From Octopus vulgaris (lineage: Eukaryota): a DNA stretch of 64,000 nucleotides. The DNA lies in NCBI GenBank assembly GCA_951406725.2, contig OX597838.1:39308001-39372000 (forward strand), read 5' to 3'. Shown here one piece after another: positions 13,181 to 43,640 of this stretch. The number at the start of each line of letters is the position of its first letter. Position 1 is the first letter of the stretch. The position numbers were made by a program, and so were the translations under genes. The notes beneath the pieces were generated by a model, which was given only the letters and a program-made list of their open reading frames with translations, searched no databases and was not told the origin of the DNA.

Positions 13181-13412
13181 ATACTCTTTACTCTTTTACT
13201 TGTTGCAGTCATGTGACTGTGGCCATGCTGGAGCACCGCCTTTAGTCGATCAAATCGACCCCGGGACTTATTCTTTGTAAGCCTAAGCCTAGAACTTATT
13301 TTATCGATCTCGTTTTTGCCGAACCGCTAAGTTACGGGGACGTAAACACACCAGCATCAGTTGTCAAGCGATGCTGGGGGGACAAACACAGACACACAAA
13401 CAAGCACATATA

Positions 13413-13443
<31 letters not shown>

Positions 13444-13612
13444 CATATACGAGGGGCTTCTTTCAGTTTCCGTCTACCAAATCCACTCACAAGGCTTTGG
13501 TCGGCCTGAGGCTATAGTAGAAGACACCTACCCAAGGTGCCACGCAGTGGGACTGAACTCGGAACCATGTGGTTCGTAAGCAAGCTACTTACCATACTGC
13601 CACTCCTACGCC
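13181..13612 (-). mobile_element. tRNA-derived SINE, family 1 (octopus-type; copies or fragments at 14889-15100, 17975-18270, 23340-23450, 23700-23930, 30419-30826, 37740-37950, 45367-45781)
   Basis: Head GGCGTAGGAGTGGCAGTATGGTAAG..GAGTTCAGTCC, internal microsatellite, (GTAAAAGA)n tail. Confidence 0.8.
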
Positions 13613-13820
13613 TATGTAATATTTTACCTTTTACGTGTTTCAGTCACTGGACTACGACCCTACTGAACGGTTTGGTCGAACAAATTGACCCCAGTTTTTT
13701 TTTGAGCCTGGTACTTATTATATTGGACTTGGGGGCTTAGACAACCTAACACCAGTTGTGAAGTGTGGCGAGAGGCAAACACAAATGCAACACACCCATA
13801 CACACGTAACTGTATATAAA

Positions 13821-14888
13821 TATTAGTTTGTCCGGAAAGTCTTGAGCATTTTTAAACTAAGTCTTTCCACGTTTCATTGACCACACCTGATACGTAACGC
13901 AGTTAAAACTTTGGCGTCGCTTTTCGTTTTTTTAAAAAAGGGGAAATGCTTCATAGACTTGCAAAAGTGTTTGCGAAGTTTATGGTGATGATGCTGTTGG
14001 TGAATCAACTGTTCGAAGCTGGAGAGTTTAGCTTGTAAGATGACATTTGCAGTGGAAGACCTTCAAAACTGGATGAAGATGATTTGGATGCAAAAATCGA
14101 AGAAAGCTCAAATACCACTACTAGAGAACTTACAGAGGATTTGGAAGTTTCTAAAAGTACGGCCCATGAAAACCTAGTGAAGCTAGGATACATTCCTTGC
14201 TGTAATGTATGGGTTCCTCACAACCTCTCAGAATAGAATTGCTTGGGCCGGTATTCCGTTTGTGATATGCTTTTGAAACGGAATAAAAGCATGCCTTTTT
14301 GAAACAACTTGTGACGGGAGATGAAAAATGGATTGTGCACGAAAACTTAGTGCGGAAAAGATCCTGGAGTTTGTGTAACGATCGCCCAAAACAGCAGCCA
14401 GAGACAAATATTCATTCCAAAAAATCTATGCCTTGTATTTGGTGGGCTCATAAAAGCATTATATATTATGATCTTCTACCACAAAACCAGACCCTTAATT
14501 CTGATGGGTACTGTCGTCAGCTGGCTAATTTCAATCACAAAATATCAAAGAATTGAGGCCGGAGATTACCAACAGGAAAGGGTAGTGTTCAAACAATACA
14601 ATGCCCGATCACTTGTGTCTTTGACTGATCGAACAAATTTACATGAACTTGGCTGGAATCTTTTACCCAATCCACCATATTCTCATGATATTGCACCACC
14701 CGACTACCATCTGTTTTTCTCGCTACATAACTCATTGGAAAGAAAAACATCTAACGATTTGAGATGGTGTCGAAAGGTATCTGGATAACATTTTTTCTAC
14801 AAAACCAATCAAATTTTATGCTGATGGAATATTTAAATTGCCTGAAAGATGGTTAAAAATATATTAATAATGATGGAAATTATTTCAT
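13821..14888 (+). mobile_element. Degenerate mariner transposon
   Basis: WVPH, LVTGDEKW and PPYSHDIAPPDYHLF motifs across frameshifts. Confidence 0.9.
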
Positions 14889-15150
14889 TACTCTTTTACT
14901 CTTTTACTTGTTTCAGTCATCTGAGAGTGGCCATGCTGGAGCACCGCCTTTAGTCAAGCAAATCGACCCCAGGACTTATTCTTTGGAAGCCTAGTACTTA
15001 TTCTATAGGTCTCTTTTTGCCGAACCGCTAGGTTACGCGGACGTAAACACAACAGCATCAGTTGTCAAGCGATGTTGGGGGGACAAACACAGACACAAAG
15101 ATATACACAGACACATACATATATATGCACATATACGTATATATATTATA

Positions 15151-15193
<43 letters not shown>

Positions 15194-15203
15194 ATATATA
15201 TAA

Positions 15204-15267
<64 letters not shown>

Positions 15268-15269
15268 GT

Positions 15270-17975
15270 AGAAATATGTTTTGAAAAAAATATAAAATCC
15301 ACGTGGAAATGTAAGGGTAAAAAATGAAGAATCAACGAAAATGCATATTATAGATATAAAAAGGCTATTTATGACAGGTAGTGACAAATATATACATTTA
15401 AAGTATTATTCGTCGAAAAGGTCATTATTATTGATGATTATAAGAAGTTAATAATAGTAATAATAATAATGTAAGAGACTGAAACGAACCAATTGGTTTT
15501 CGTGTTAGCTATTCATCGTTTGAACAACACCGGTTAGTAAACGGTGTCAGGTCTAATAGTTCCTGAGAAAAGTGCTTATTTGTAAGGGAGGTAAGTAGTT
15601 CTGGATTATATGTATAAGGGAGGTAAGTAGTTCAGGAATTAGAAATGTGAGTGATGTAGAAAGTGTATAGGGTTTAGTGGTTTAAATTGAAGAGTTAGTG
15701 GTGTTCTGTATTGAGTTGTGTGTTCACATTCAGTTGGGAGAGAAATTTGTTGATGAAAAATGACTCTTTATTCAACCTTTGTTGCATTGTGGTGTTCTGT
15801 GAGCATTGGTAAAAGGGAAATATTTGGAAATTGGGATTAAGATTCCTGGCACATCTTTCTATGTGTTCACTCACCTTTAACTGTCTGTATTGTGGGTGGC
15901 GGATTTGCTCTCTGTGAATGGTGATTCTTTGACGGAGCGAAATTCCTGTTTGTCCAATATAGAGTTTACCGTATCCTATGCATGTCATGACATAGATTAC
16001 ATTTACCGAGGCGCAGGTGAAATTTGATTTGATCTTAAATACTTCTCCTTGTTTGAAATGGAATTCTGAACCCTCCAGAAGGTGGGGGCATGTTCCACAG
16101 TTAGAACGTCCACATTTTGTCACTTTTGGCTCAGTAGTTAGTGGGTAAAGTCTAGAGCTGGTTAATATTCTTTTCAGTGACTTTGGTTGCTTTTTGCTTT
16201 TTATAATTTTATATGAGCTTAAAATTCCGTTCATTGTTTTGTCTGCTGTGAGGATGGGAAGGTTTGGGGTGATGCTGTTGAAGGCTTCGTTGTTTCTGGG
16301 GTTATGTGTGGAGATGTACGGGAGAATTTTTAAGTCTTATTTAGTATTACGGCTAGTTTTCCTTAATCTTTGTATATCTATTCACTTAGCTCTTTTGATG
16401 CCTTCATTTACTAATGAGATTGGGTAGTGTCTTTTAGTTAGTGTAGATCTAATTTCAAGGAGTCTATGTTCACGAGTGTATGTATCGGAAACTATGGTGC
16501 AGATTCTTTTTGCTAGGTTAAAGGGTATGTTGATTTTTATGTGTTTGGGGTGGCAAGAGTTAAATAATAGGTATTGTTTAGAGTCTGTGGGTTTATAAAA
16601 GATGTCTGTTTCTATGTGGTTGTTAACTATTCTAATTAAGATGTCTAGAAAAGGTAGTTGCTTACTGTTGTGTTCCATAGTGAATTGAATATTGCTGTGT
16701 ATGTTGTTGAGCATTCTTTTAAAATCAAGGAGTTGATCCATGCTATCTTGCCAAAGTATGAAGCAATCATCTAAATATCTCTTCCAGTTCTCCTTTAAGT
16801 AGTAATTGAAAGAGGCGCCATATTTTTCTAGTGATGATTGGTATAACTTAAGTTCGTGGTAACCCATTACGAGGTTTGCAATAACTGGAGCGGCTCTGGT
16901 CCCCGTTGCAATTCCGCATTTCTGTCGATAGTAATTAGTATCGAACAAGAAATGATTGTTCCCCAGGACGAATTTAAGTGCTTCAATTATAAAATTGTGG
17001 TTAATTCGTCCTGGGATCTCTTCTGGGTGCCTTTCTAGCCTAAATGTGATTGCTTCTATACCATAGTCGTGTGGGATATTAGTGTATAGATTCACCACAT
17101 CGAAAGACACCAGTAGAGTTCCGTCCTTTACTGTCTTCGGGAGGTGGTTCAGCATGTCTAGGTCATCCCCGATGTAGCTTTTCACATATTTTAAAAGAGG
17201 TTTGAGTAGTATGTCAAGAAAGTTACTCAAACGGTGGGTTTCGCAGGAAGGGTCAGCTATGATGGGTCTGAGTTTGAGGTCAGTAGGTGGAGGGACATTA
17301 ATGCATAGGCTTGTAGAGGACTTTGTCAATTTCACGTGTTGTAAGACCCTTTCCATGAGTTTGGAGTAGGGAGGATAAATTTTTCAGTGTCTTCTGTGGG
17401 TTGTAATATGTTAGTTTTTCATAGTAAGCATTATTTTCCAACATGGAAAGTATTAAATTTTTGTAGTACTCTGTATCCATCAATACTACCGTACTTCCTT
17501 TGTCAGCTTCTTTAATAGTGAGGTTTATGTCATTCTTTTAGCTCGACAAAGTCTTTCCATTCGTTTAAATTAAGGTTGGATTTGATATGTTGTTTTGGAA
17601 TGGTATTGTAAGGAAAACAAGTGAAGTGATCACAGAAAACATCAAGTGCTTTATTTCTACCTTTTGTAGGATGGTTCTCACTTTTGGTTTTCACTATTGA
17701 GTCATCTTCACTGGTATAGTTGTAAAGAACTTCTGTGAGGCGTAATTTTCGGCAGAAGTCCAAAGTATTGTCCTTAATTTCATTTGGGTTCGGTATATTT
17801 TAGACCTCTTGCTAGGATTTTTATTTGTGTAGAACTCAGGATTTTCTTTGACAGGTTGATTATTTTCGGTTGGACTTGTTTATTTGTTTCCATTTCACAT
17901 ATCTGTTTCTCTGGTTTGCGTCTAAAAATGGTTGTAGTACATGGATTGTCGTGGAGGGTCTGTATTTTGGTTGGT
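15270..17975 (-). mobile_element. Penelope-like retroelement, frameshifted (RT plus Cys linker plus GIY-YIG)
   Basis: RPIIA, SFDVVNLYTNIP, YLDDCF, KCGRSNCGTC, VIYVMTC..YIGQT. Confidence 0.93.
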
Positions 17976-18362
17976 TTGCTGAGTGGATTTGGTAGACGGA
18001 AACTGAAAGAAGCCCGTCGTATATATATGTGTATATGTATGTGTGTGTGTGTTTATGTGTTTTGTGTTTGTCCCCCAAACATCGCCTGACAACCGATGGT
18101 GGTGTGTTTGCGTCTCTGTAACTTAGCGGATCGGTAAAATAGACCGGTAGAATAAGTACTAGGCTTACAAAGAATAAGTCCTGGGGTGGATTTGCTCGAC
18201 TAAAGGTGGTGCTCCAGCATGGCCACAGTCAAATGACTGAAACAAGTAAATGAGTAAAGAGAGTAAAAGAGTACTACAAGTATGAAAACGACAACAGCGA
18301 TACTCCTTTCTACCATAGACACAAGGTCTGGATCTTGTGGGGTGGGTCACAGGCGATCACAT

Positions 18363-18990
18363 TAGTAACATATAGCAGGGTTTATAGATATACATAAATT
18401 AGCTAAACTTATTATATAAGTAATTAACCTATGTCTATATTTAATATTTCTCCCATCTTGGGAATTATCAATTTTTTATTATTAGATAGTAATATCTCCA
18501 TAAATTCATTTGCTCATAATAAACAAACATTATGACCCATTCGATAAGATGTAGTTTTACAAATTATCTCCCAATTTAAATTATACCTAATTCTTTTAGA
18601 TTTCAATTCCCATATATATTTGCTAAGGCCAATAAAATTAATCAATGTTTTATTCTTATATGGATGCATGTGTTGAGCCACCTTTAAATATAATTTTATT
18701 AGAAGTTGATCCCAGGTAAATCGCATTTAAATTATAATTAATCCTATTAATATTATCATCAATCAAACTCACTACACGTTTACATATTACATCATCCAAA
18801 TAAAATTTATTCATAAATTAACATTTTGTCTTATCTCTGCATGTACAATTAATTATATTCTGGTCTCTATTATTAATGGAATAATTTTTTAATTTGTTAA
18901 TAGGCATTATTATCATAATACCTATTATTAAAACCCATTCTATTATTAATATATAGGGAATGAAAAAGAAAAACATTTACACTGTATTTC
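18363..18990 (-). mobile_element. PLE GIY-YIG remnant
   Basis: LSKYIWELKSK..YNLNWEII..CLL. Confidence 0.65.
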
Positions 18991-19039
18991 CTGTACCATG
19001 CATGGTTTCAGGCAATCTTTATATACATATATATATATA

Positions 19040-20060
19040 TCTTTATATATATAAATCTGAGAATGTGTGTCTGTCTGTGTGTTTCCCTATAACTTAAGAA
19101 CTACACAACCAATTTCTTTCAAATTTTACACATGCCTCACTTAGGGTCCAGTAATTTCATGGGCAAAAAAATGTTAACTTCTTGCCTAGAGCGAGCCAAT
19201 AGCAATATCATATATTCTCCACTATTTCAGTTTTACGTGTTAAAAGTGAAACAAAAATATTTCTCTATTTTATTTCAGATGCTTTCACTTTAACAATAAC
19301 AAAAAAAAAATAATTGAATTATATGTAGTAAGTAATAATTAAAATCATACTAAAGTTTAATATAATCGTGTCATAACAAAAGTAAAAATAGCAATTGGTA
19401 TAAAATTGCATCAATGATTTGAACTTGAATAAGTGGTTTCACATGAATGGGAATAAATTAAAAAATAAAATTAGCGTGCAGAAAAGGAATAGTCCAGATG
19501 GATAATAAAAAATTAAATTAAAGAAAAGACTATTGTCTTTAAAGTATACAATGTAGAGAAAAAAGAAGATTTGAACATATGGAGGAAAGCACCTTTGAAA
19601 AGTGTCTTGGTGCGACTATGAAAGATATCTAATCAGAGGCGGTAAATTTTCCACAATAGAAGCAAGTTTCGAGTCAACGGAGCGTGCAAGGGAGTACTCG
19701 ACTCGAACGTGCAAAGTGGAAATATATTTTATTTTTACCTTTATATCTGGGACGTAGGACATCCAGGAAAAAATTTTAAATGCCCCCCTCCGAAGTAGAG
19801 GTAGGCTGGATTGTAGCCACACTTCTATACAAAAGGGAGGACAAGATACAATTGATCGAAATTACAAGAGACGGGCTAATTCCAGTCTGTTATATATTTT
19901 GAGTATTGTTATCACTAGCGATATCAAGATATAACTTTGTATTTTGCATTTTATGTGTAGATGTATATATATAGATGTACATGTAATATGTACACATATA
20001 TATACACATATAAACATGCACTAGCACTACGGCCCGGCAACGACGGGTCTTTAATGCTAG
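19040..20060 (+). mobile_element. Non-autonomous Helitron
   Basis: 5' A|TCTTTATATATATAAA; 3' GGCCCGGCAACGACGGGTC hairpin plus CTAG|T. Confidence 0.75.
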
Positions 20061-20082
20061 TATATATATATATATATATATA

Positions 20083-22030
20083 CGTAAACCAACGAATACA
20101 ATTACTTATTTTGCATTGCCTTTGGCTATATTTACAGCGTGTGTCGAAATATTTCTTATTTATTTCTAAAGTGCACTGTAATAAAAAACAAACTTACGCA
20201 AAACAGGAATCACTTCTCTGTGTGATTATTGTTGCGTAGCTCATGTCAGCCTATCCAAAATGTGGGTCCAAGAAGTTTTAAATTTGGCAGAGGATAACCC
20301 TTTTCAGTTCTAAACATCAGTTTAAGCCATTTTCGTCTCTAGAATAAGCAGAGGGAAGAGAGAAAAATGCACTCCATGACTGAATTTGCATGTTATTTAT
20401 CGACCCCCATTATAATAAAAAGGGAATGGTTGAGCTTGGCAGGATTTGACCTGAAAGTGGAGGGAACAGAAACGAATTTTGTGAATTATTCAACTCGATG
20501 CTTTATCAATTCTGTCGGTCCTCTACCTTATGGAAGACGTATCCGCTGTCGAAAATAAGTGCGTAAGCCAGACATTTATACAAGTCTCAAATTTTGATTC
20601 GAAAGCAGCTATTTTGGTGGGTGGGGGCCAGTCGATTACATCCAACCCCAGTATCCAACTGGTACTTATTTTATCGACTTCGAAAAGATGAAAGGCTAAG
20701 TTGACCCCGGTGGAATTTGAACTGAGAACATAAAGAGCTGTGAAATACTGCTAGACATTATGTCTGGCGGTGCTGACAATTCTGTCAGGTAACGGGATTA
20801 AGGTACATTTATACTAAAATATGATTTAAGCTTTAAATAAATATATAATTTGAGCACTGATTGAAGAATAATAGCTTTATTTTACTCAAAATTAGTCATT
20901 AGAACCATCTCTGCTAGGGACATACATAGAATCACAGTGTCGGAAATAGCCAGTAGGCTTTTAAGATCATTATTAGCGACAGAAGCAGTATGAATAGCAA
21001 AGAAGGAATATTGATCCTTATTTAAAAGTGGATGTTGTGTTAAAACAAAAATTACTGCGATAGTTACAATGAGAGAACTCTGATATTGGCTTTTAGTGTA
21101 TAAAAGCACTCTTCTTTTTATTGCGAGCGGGGAGATAACTCACCTGCCATCACCACCACCGAAACTTCAAAGATAACGGGATTTCGGTCTTCACTGACTT
21201 TGTTAATTATAGAAGCTCCACTGCTGGAGTCAGCAGCGATATCTCTGCTAGTGATACTCATAGAATCATAGTGCGTAAACCGGCACTATAGTTACACACA
21301 CACAAACAAACAAACACGCACACACACACAAACATATTCACACAAACACACACACACATACACACACACACGCACACACACACACTAACATAAATTCATA
21401 TACAAACACACAGAGAACGGGATTTCGGACTTCACTGACTTTGTTAATTATAGAAGCTCCACTGCTGGAGTCAGCAGCGATATCTCTGCTAGTGATACTC
21501 ATAGAATCATAGTGCGTAAACAGGCACTATACTTACACATATACACATATATACACTCACACACATACACACGCATACACACACACATACAAACACACAT
21601 TCATTCCCAAACATACTCATATTTAATTCACAATATACGCATGTATATAATTCGGTGGTAATCACAAAAAATCCCCTTTAGTGGACCGGACCACAAACTA
21701 CATAGGAAACCAATACGTAGGAGTGTAATGTAGCGTCTTATGCAGTTGTAATGCAGTCAACCTAATGAAGGAGGATGATTTCAGGAAGAGTATGTAGACT
21801 CTAAAGAAAGTCAGGAGGTACGAGATGAATATATTTATCGCACCACTTGATATCCATAGGATAACATTCATCTCGCAGTCAACATCATGTAGAAATGATT
21901 TATTTTAGTGTATAATATATTACTTTACATGCCTGCAATCGTTTGGATGCTATAAAAGAACTATTGTACATTTTATAAACAAACCAATGCAGATATAGAA
22001 GTCTAGCTCAACAGATCAACAAATTATAAG
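20083..22030. repeat. Segment duplicated in inverted orientation at about 49535-51350
   Basis: Paired ORFs 20367+/50835- and 20882-/50266+; sequence matches as reverse complement. Confidence 0.9.
20905..21535 (+). ncRNA. Candidate structured-RNA tandem repeat, subtype 2 (plus local duplication 21416-21535)
   Basis: Diverged homologue of the 11631 unit (TTAAAAGTGGATG at 21022; CTCCA-ctgc-TGGAG; GCGATATCTCTGC; CATAGAATCA twice). Confidence 0.42.
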
Positions 22031-22640
22031 ATGGGAGAAATACTAAATGTAGACATATGTTAAATTACTGAAATAATAAGTTTAGCTAATTTGTGTATAT
22101 CTATAAACCCTGATTTATGTTACTAATTTATGTAGTTATAATTCGTAATGAGTATAAATCAGCCGTAGATTATGTAGTGCATGAACCTAACTAGAATAAG
22201 ATTAAACCAAGGTGTTTATAAAATGAATAAATAAATTGATGAATATATATTAATTTATCGAAATTTAGTTTATTTTATGTATTTTACGTATAATGTTTTA
22301 GTTTTAAATTATTGAGAATTTAGAATTTTTCCCAGTAATTGGTATATTAAATCTAGTTTATTTGTTATTTTCACCGCTGAATACATATTTCCATTTATTT
22401 ATTCTATAGTTATTATTTACGTCATCTTTTCACCTGATAAATTTCTTAGCAACGCTAGGTTCTAACTTTAACGTTTAAAATTTCAGTTAACTGGTATTCT
22501 TCAATGAAATAAGTTATGATTTTATTTTTCATTAATATTGTTACATTTTATTTGATTATTTATTGTTACGATACATATATTTCTATATTTATTTGTTAAT
22601 TATTATAGGTTAAGATACATACATTTATTTTATTAATTTA

Positions 22641-22734
22641 GACCTGAAGAGTTGCTGTATTTTTAAATCGAATTTTAATATTATCGATTTTATTATTATC
22701 GTTATAAATATATTGTCACGAAACGCGCGTAGTC
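22641..22734 (+). ncRNA. Minimal type I hammerhead ribozyme in a PLE 3' tail (about 21950-22800)
   Basis: GAC-CUGAAGA-long stem II-GAAAC-GCGC-GUA-GUC. Confidence 0.7.
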
Positions 22735-24685
22735 AGTTTAATATCTATTTCATTTAGTGATTTTTAGAATGATATTTATTATAATATATTTTAAGTTTTT
22801 CTATATGATTTAATATAGATAGTCAACACATTTGATTTTGTTCTGTTACAGCTATTAGCATCACAAAACACCTAATTTGCTGTCTAATATTGAAACAGAC
22901 GTCATTCTGGATTTGGTGCTAAGGTGATTTGGTGATTAGTTATACTTGTCCATGTTCTAATGAAAGATTTCTTCACCAAAGAAGACACAGTTTATAAGTT
23001 TAATGATCGCTATAGTTATGCTTTTATATATGTTTTATATATCACAGCATCGCGGTAACGACCAGATTATCGGATGTTATTGTACACCGCTGGTCACAAT
23101 GCGCTTCACACGGCTCTAGCTTTTGAAAGATACTGTCTCACTGGTTTGACAGGCAAGCCAACATTCCCCTCGAACGGAACGCTAGTCCATATCAGGGTTA
23201 TTCATTTAGAGTTAAGTGGAACAACGTGAAACGGATTGTTTTACTTAAGAACACAACGTACGCTGGGAATGGAAACCACAATCTCGCAATTGTGAGTGCA
23301 ATACTCTCACTACTAGACCACAAACCTTCACACTATATAGCTGCGTGGTAAGAAGCTTCTTTCCCAACCACATGGTTGTGCGTTCATTCCCAGGGCGTGG
23401 TACTTTGGGCAAATGTCTTCTTCTATAGTCTCGAATCCATCAAAGAAAGATGGAAAAGACAGTGCTAAGAGTGATGAATTAGAGGTAGCAGAGAAAGAGT
23501 ATTATGTGAGAGACAGTGACGGGACAGTGAATGAATGATGGAGGTAACCCGATATTTCGTTGCTATTTTTGATAGGGTCTCTGCTTTGAGATGCAACATT
23601 CCAAAAAAAAAAAATTATGATTTTCTATAAACATAAACAGTACTTAAATATATGCTATTATTAGTTTTATGCTTTGAAAATCCAATAAGCCAAAACCTTG
23701 TGAGGGGATTTAGTAGACGAAAACTGAAAGAATTTCGATGTGTGGGTTTGTAGGTGTGTGATGTACCTGTTTGCCTCCCACTATCACTTGAAATCCGATG
23801 TAGTTGTGACTAAGCGCCCGTATCTTAGCGGTTCGGCGTAACTTAGTGGTTCGGCAAAATGGACCGTTGGAAGAAATACGAAGCTTTAAAAATAAGTACT
23901 GGAATCGATTCGTTCGACTAAAGTTCTTCAATTTTCGGGGTCGATAAATTAAGTACCAGTTACGCACTAGAGTCGATATGATCGACTTAATCCGTTTGTC
24001 TATCCTTGTTTGTCCCTTCTGTATTTAGCCCCATGTGGGTTGTAAACAAAGAAGTATTTCGTCTGTCACTACGTTCTGAGTTCAAATCCCGCCGAGGTCG
24101 ACTTTGCCTTTCATCTATTCCGTGTCGATAAATTAAGTACCAGTTGTTTACTGTGGTCTATGTGATCGCCTGTGACCCTCCCCACAAAATCCAGACCTTG
24201 TGCCTATGGTAGAAAGGAGTATCGCTGTTGTCGTTTTCATATTTGTAGTACTCTTTTACTCTTTTTACTCATTTACTATTATGTTCATAGTATTTTTGTT
24301 GATTCAAATGATTGTCCTCTCTTTGTGTTATTCAAATAAACCATTTCGAAATGAATATGGACGAATTTCGAAATCAACTAATATTTGTTAAATTTGAGAA
24401 AATCTATTTAAAGACAAAACATTTCCTGATGCTTACAGTTGAAACGTCAGTTTACACTGTTTAGAGGCTACCCTGGGGTTAAACAAGGAAACACAAACAA
24501 TAATAACAGTAAAAATAGCAATGATCTAGCAGAAGTGGCATCAAACTTTATTTCTCATAATCATTAATTGGTTAGTTTTTATTCTACAGATAGTTAAAGT
24601 ACTTTCCATATGTGCATGTTCCTCCTTGCTTGGATATACCAATATACATGCATGCATACATATATATATGTAAGTGTATGTATGT

Positions 24686-24735
<50 letters not shown>

Positions 24736-24752
24736 TATATATATATGCACAT

Positions 24753-24830
<78 letters not shown>

Positions 24831-24970
24831 CATATATGTATGTATGTATGTACGTATGTATGTATGAATAATATAGGAGATATAACTATATGGAAGCTAG
24901 TTTTGTTTGTGCAATGTACACAATTACAAGTATATACTGCACTAATGAAACAGTCCCCATTTATTATTAA

Positions 24971-25058
<88 letters not shown>

Positions 25059-25134
25059 GATAGCTGTACTAAGTAACCAAGTCCAAAATCCGACAAGCCA
25101 GTAAATCTTGAATTCTTCCCAGTAACTAGGTACC

Positions 25135-41267
<16,133 letters not shown>

Positions 41268-41431
41268 ACTTCGTACTTCTTTCTCTTCACTTAGATTTAA
41301 TGTCCTCTGTTGCTAACGACGTGATGTTGCTATCCTTTCTCCAAGTCTATTGATGGTGTCGTCTGTCAGTGATTCCGTTTAGCTCTCTCCCGCTATCATG
41401 CAGTCATATATAGATATGCAAGAGTTTGTCC

Positions 41432-41507
<76 letters not shown>

Positions 41508-41633
41508 GTATATATATTTATACACATATATATATACCTATATGTATGTATATATATATATGCATATATATATATATACATTTACCTATGGAAGTGTATA
41601 TATGTATAAATATGCATGTATATGTGTATGCAT

Positions 41634-41712
<79 letters not shown>

Positions 41713-42065
41713 GCATGTTTACGCAGTTATATATTCAAAGGTGGTACTTCTCGGCCAAGCTGTCAAACTATCATATATTAATTGATGTAATTTACAGATA
41801 AATGTAACTCATGTTTCATAGAGGAAAAATGCGAAAAGAGAGAGGGGAAGACCCATCCATCAACTGTCTTCAATATTATTCAGCATTCACGCAGGGATAT
41901 TCAGGAACCTGTGTATTCATAGAGTTGCTTTCCATCATTTGGTGTCATTGCATCTGTTGTTTAGAAAAAATATGGAAGTGCTGCGTTTACTTAAGCACAA
42001 TGCGATAAATACAATTCAAAGCAACACTGACAAAATCGGCTGCTATCTATTTTCTATGTAAGTGG

Positions 42066-42116
<51 letters not shown>

Positions 42117-42190
42117 GTAGGTAGATAGATAACTTTCATTATTGGCTACACAGGGCTGAATACAGAGGGGACAAATACAAATGTAGAGAC
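41268..42190 (-). promoter_or_regulatory. Probable 5'UTR/promoter region of STC-like B, also retained upstream of copies A (about 10062-10830) and C (about 52820-53975)
   Basis: Non-microsatellite blocks (41268-41400, 41755-42070) align to the upstream regions of the other two copies; no functional site proven. Confidence 0.4.
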
Positions 42191-42257
42191 GTGACAGGAC
42201 AGGACTATTGTTACTAAGTTTGTCTTAGCTGCTTGGAAACTTGTGTGCATCACTCTG

Positions 42258-42707
42258 TTAAAAGTGGACGTTGTGTTAGGACACAAAATACTGCGAGAGT
42301 TATCATGAGAGAAATTCTCATATTGATTTTCGGTGCGTAAATTCACTCTTCTTTATAACGCGAGCGAGGAGTTAAATCACTCGCCCTCGACACCGCTAAG
42401 ACTACCAGATCGCGGGATTTTGGCTATCCCTGGTTTTGTGGATGGTAGACGCTCCTACCCTGGAGATTACAGCGATATCTCTGCAAACGATATACATAGA
42501 ATCACAGTACCTAACCAGGCATTGGCGTTGAGAATAGCCAGTGGGCTTATTAAGAATTAATTACTATTTTGAAAAGCAGTATTAATATCGAAAGGTAATA
42601 TTTATTCCTACTTAAAAGTGGATGTTGTTTCAGAACACAAAATACTACGAAAGTCACAATAATTACCATAAGACAACCTTTCATATGGGCTTTTGATGAG
42701 TATATAA
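42258..42707 (+). ncRNA. Candidate structured-RNA tandem repeat, subtype 1, duplicate
   Basis: Near-identical to 11631-12080; unit starts at 42258 and 42612 (period 354). Confidence 0.45.
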
Positions 42708-42716
42708 ATGTGTGAG

Positions 42717-42758
<42 letters not shown>

Positions 42759-42857
42759 CATAGATAGACAGACAGACAGATACAGATGGATAGATAGATA
42801 GATTAAATATGTTTATTATCTTTGTTATACCCACACATGCATATAGTATAATATATA

Positions 42858-43640
42858 CGGAGGGCGTTCATTATAGATTTCTCCCGACCCACATCTCAAA
42901 GACTGGGATAAACGAAACTTGGCATAATTATTAGCCTTTCTCTACATGGCCACCACCTATGGAATCACACCTCTCACATCACTTTATGCAGCTGTGAAAA
43001 CGTCGTCTGTAGAAGTTGGTAGGTTGCGTCTGGAACTAAGACTTTACCTCGGAAATAAGTTCATCATCCGAAAAATGCTTCCCCTTCAAAAAAGATTTCT
43101 TGATTGGAAAGAGGTGGAAGTCCGATGGTGCGAGGTCGGGAGAATAAGGGGGTGAGGAAGGACTTCATAGCTGCAGGAGTTTGCTTTTATCTGAACAACA
43201 TGCACATTGTGAACAAGGCATTGTCTTACAGGAGGCAGGATATTTTGGTCAGCATGCCACGCCTCTGCTTCGATGCTGTCCCGCAATTTCTGCAGCAGAA
43301 AAGCATAATATGCCCAGTTAATTGTGGTTCCCATTCCCTCGACTGGACTTTAGTCTCAGAATCATAGTGATGGACCCATGTTTCATCCTGTGTGATAAGT
43401 CTACTGCAAAAGTCCTCCTCGTTTTCTTGACATTGTCAAAAGAGCATGGGCGCAATTGCCTCGTTCCTGCTTCTGAAAGACGTGATCATCCGGTGATCCA
43501 TCGTGCAGACAACTCCCGCATGTGCAAATGGTCATGAATGACTTTTTCCACGGACTCTGCTCTTATCTTCATTTCTTGGGCTAGTTGCCGAATTGTTATG
43601 CGGTGATCCTACAAAATGCTGGCTACCATTTTATGGATAG
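42858..43640 (-). mobile_element. Degenerate mariner transposon
   Basis: GTTINWAYYAFLLQKLRDSI and a PHP..DLxPxDFHLF-like segment. Confidence 0.75.

Noticed and set aside
13520-13612. tRNA gene
   Set aside because: tRNA-like head of a multi-copy SINE with no complete cloverleaf
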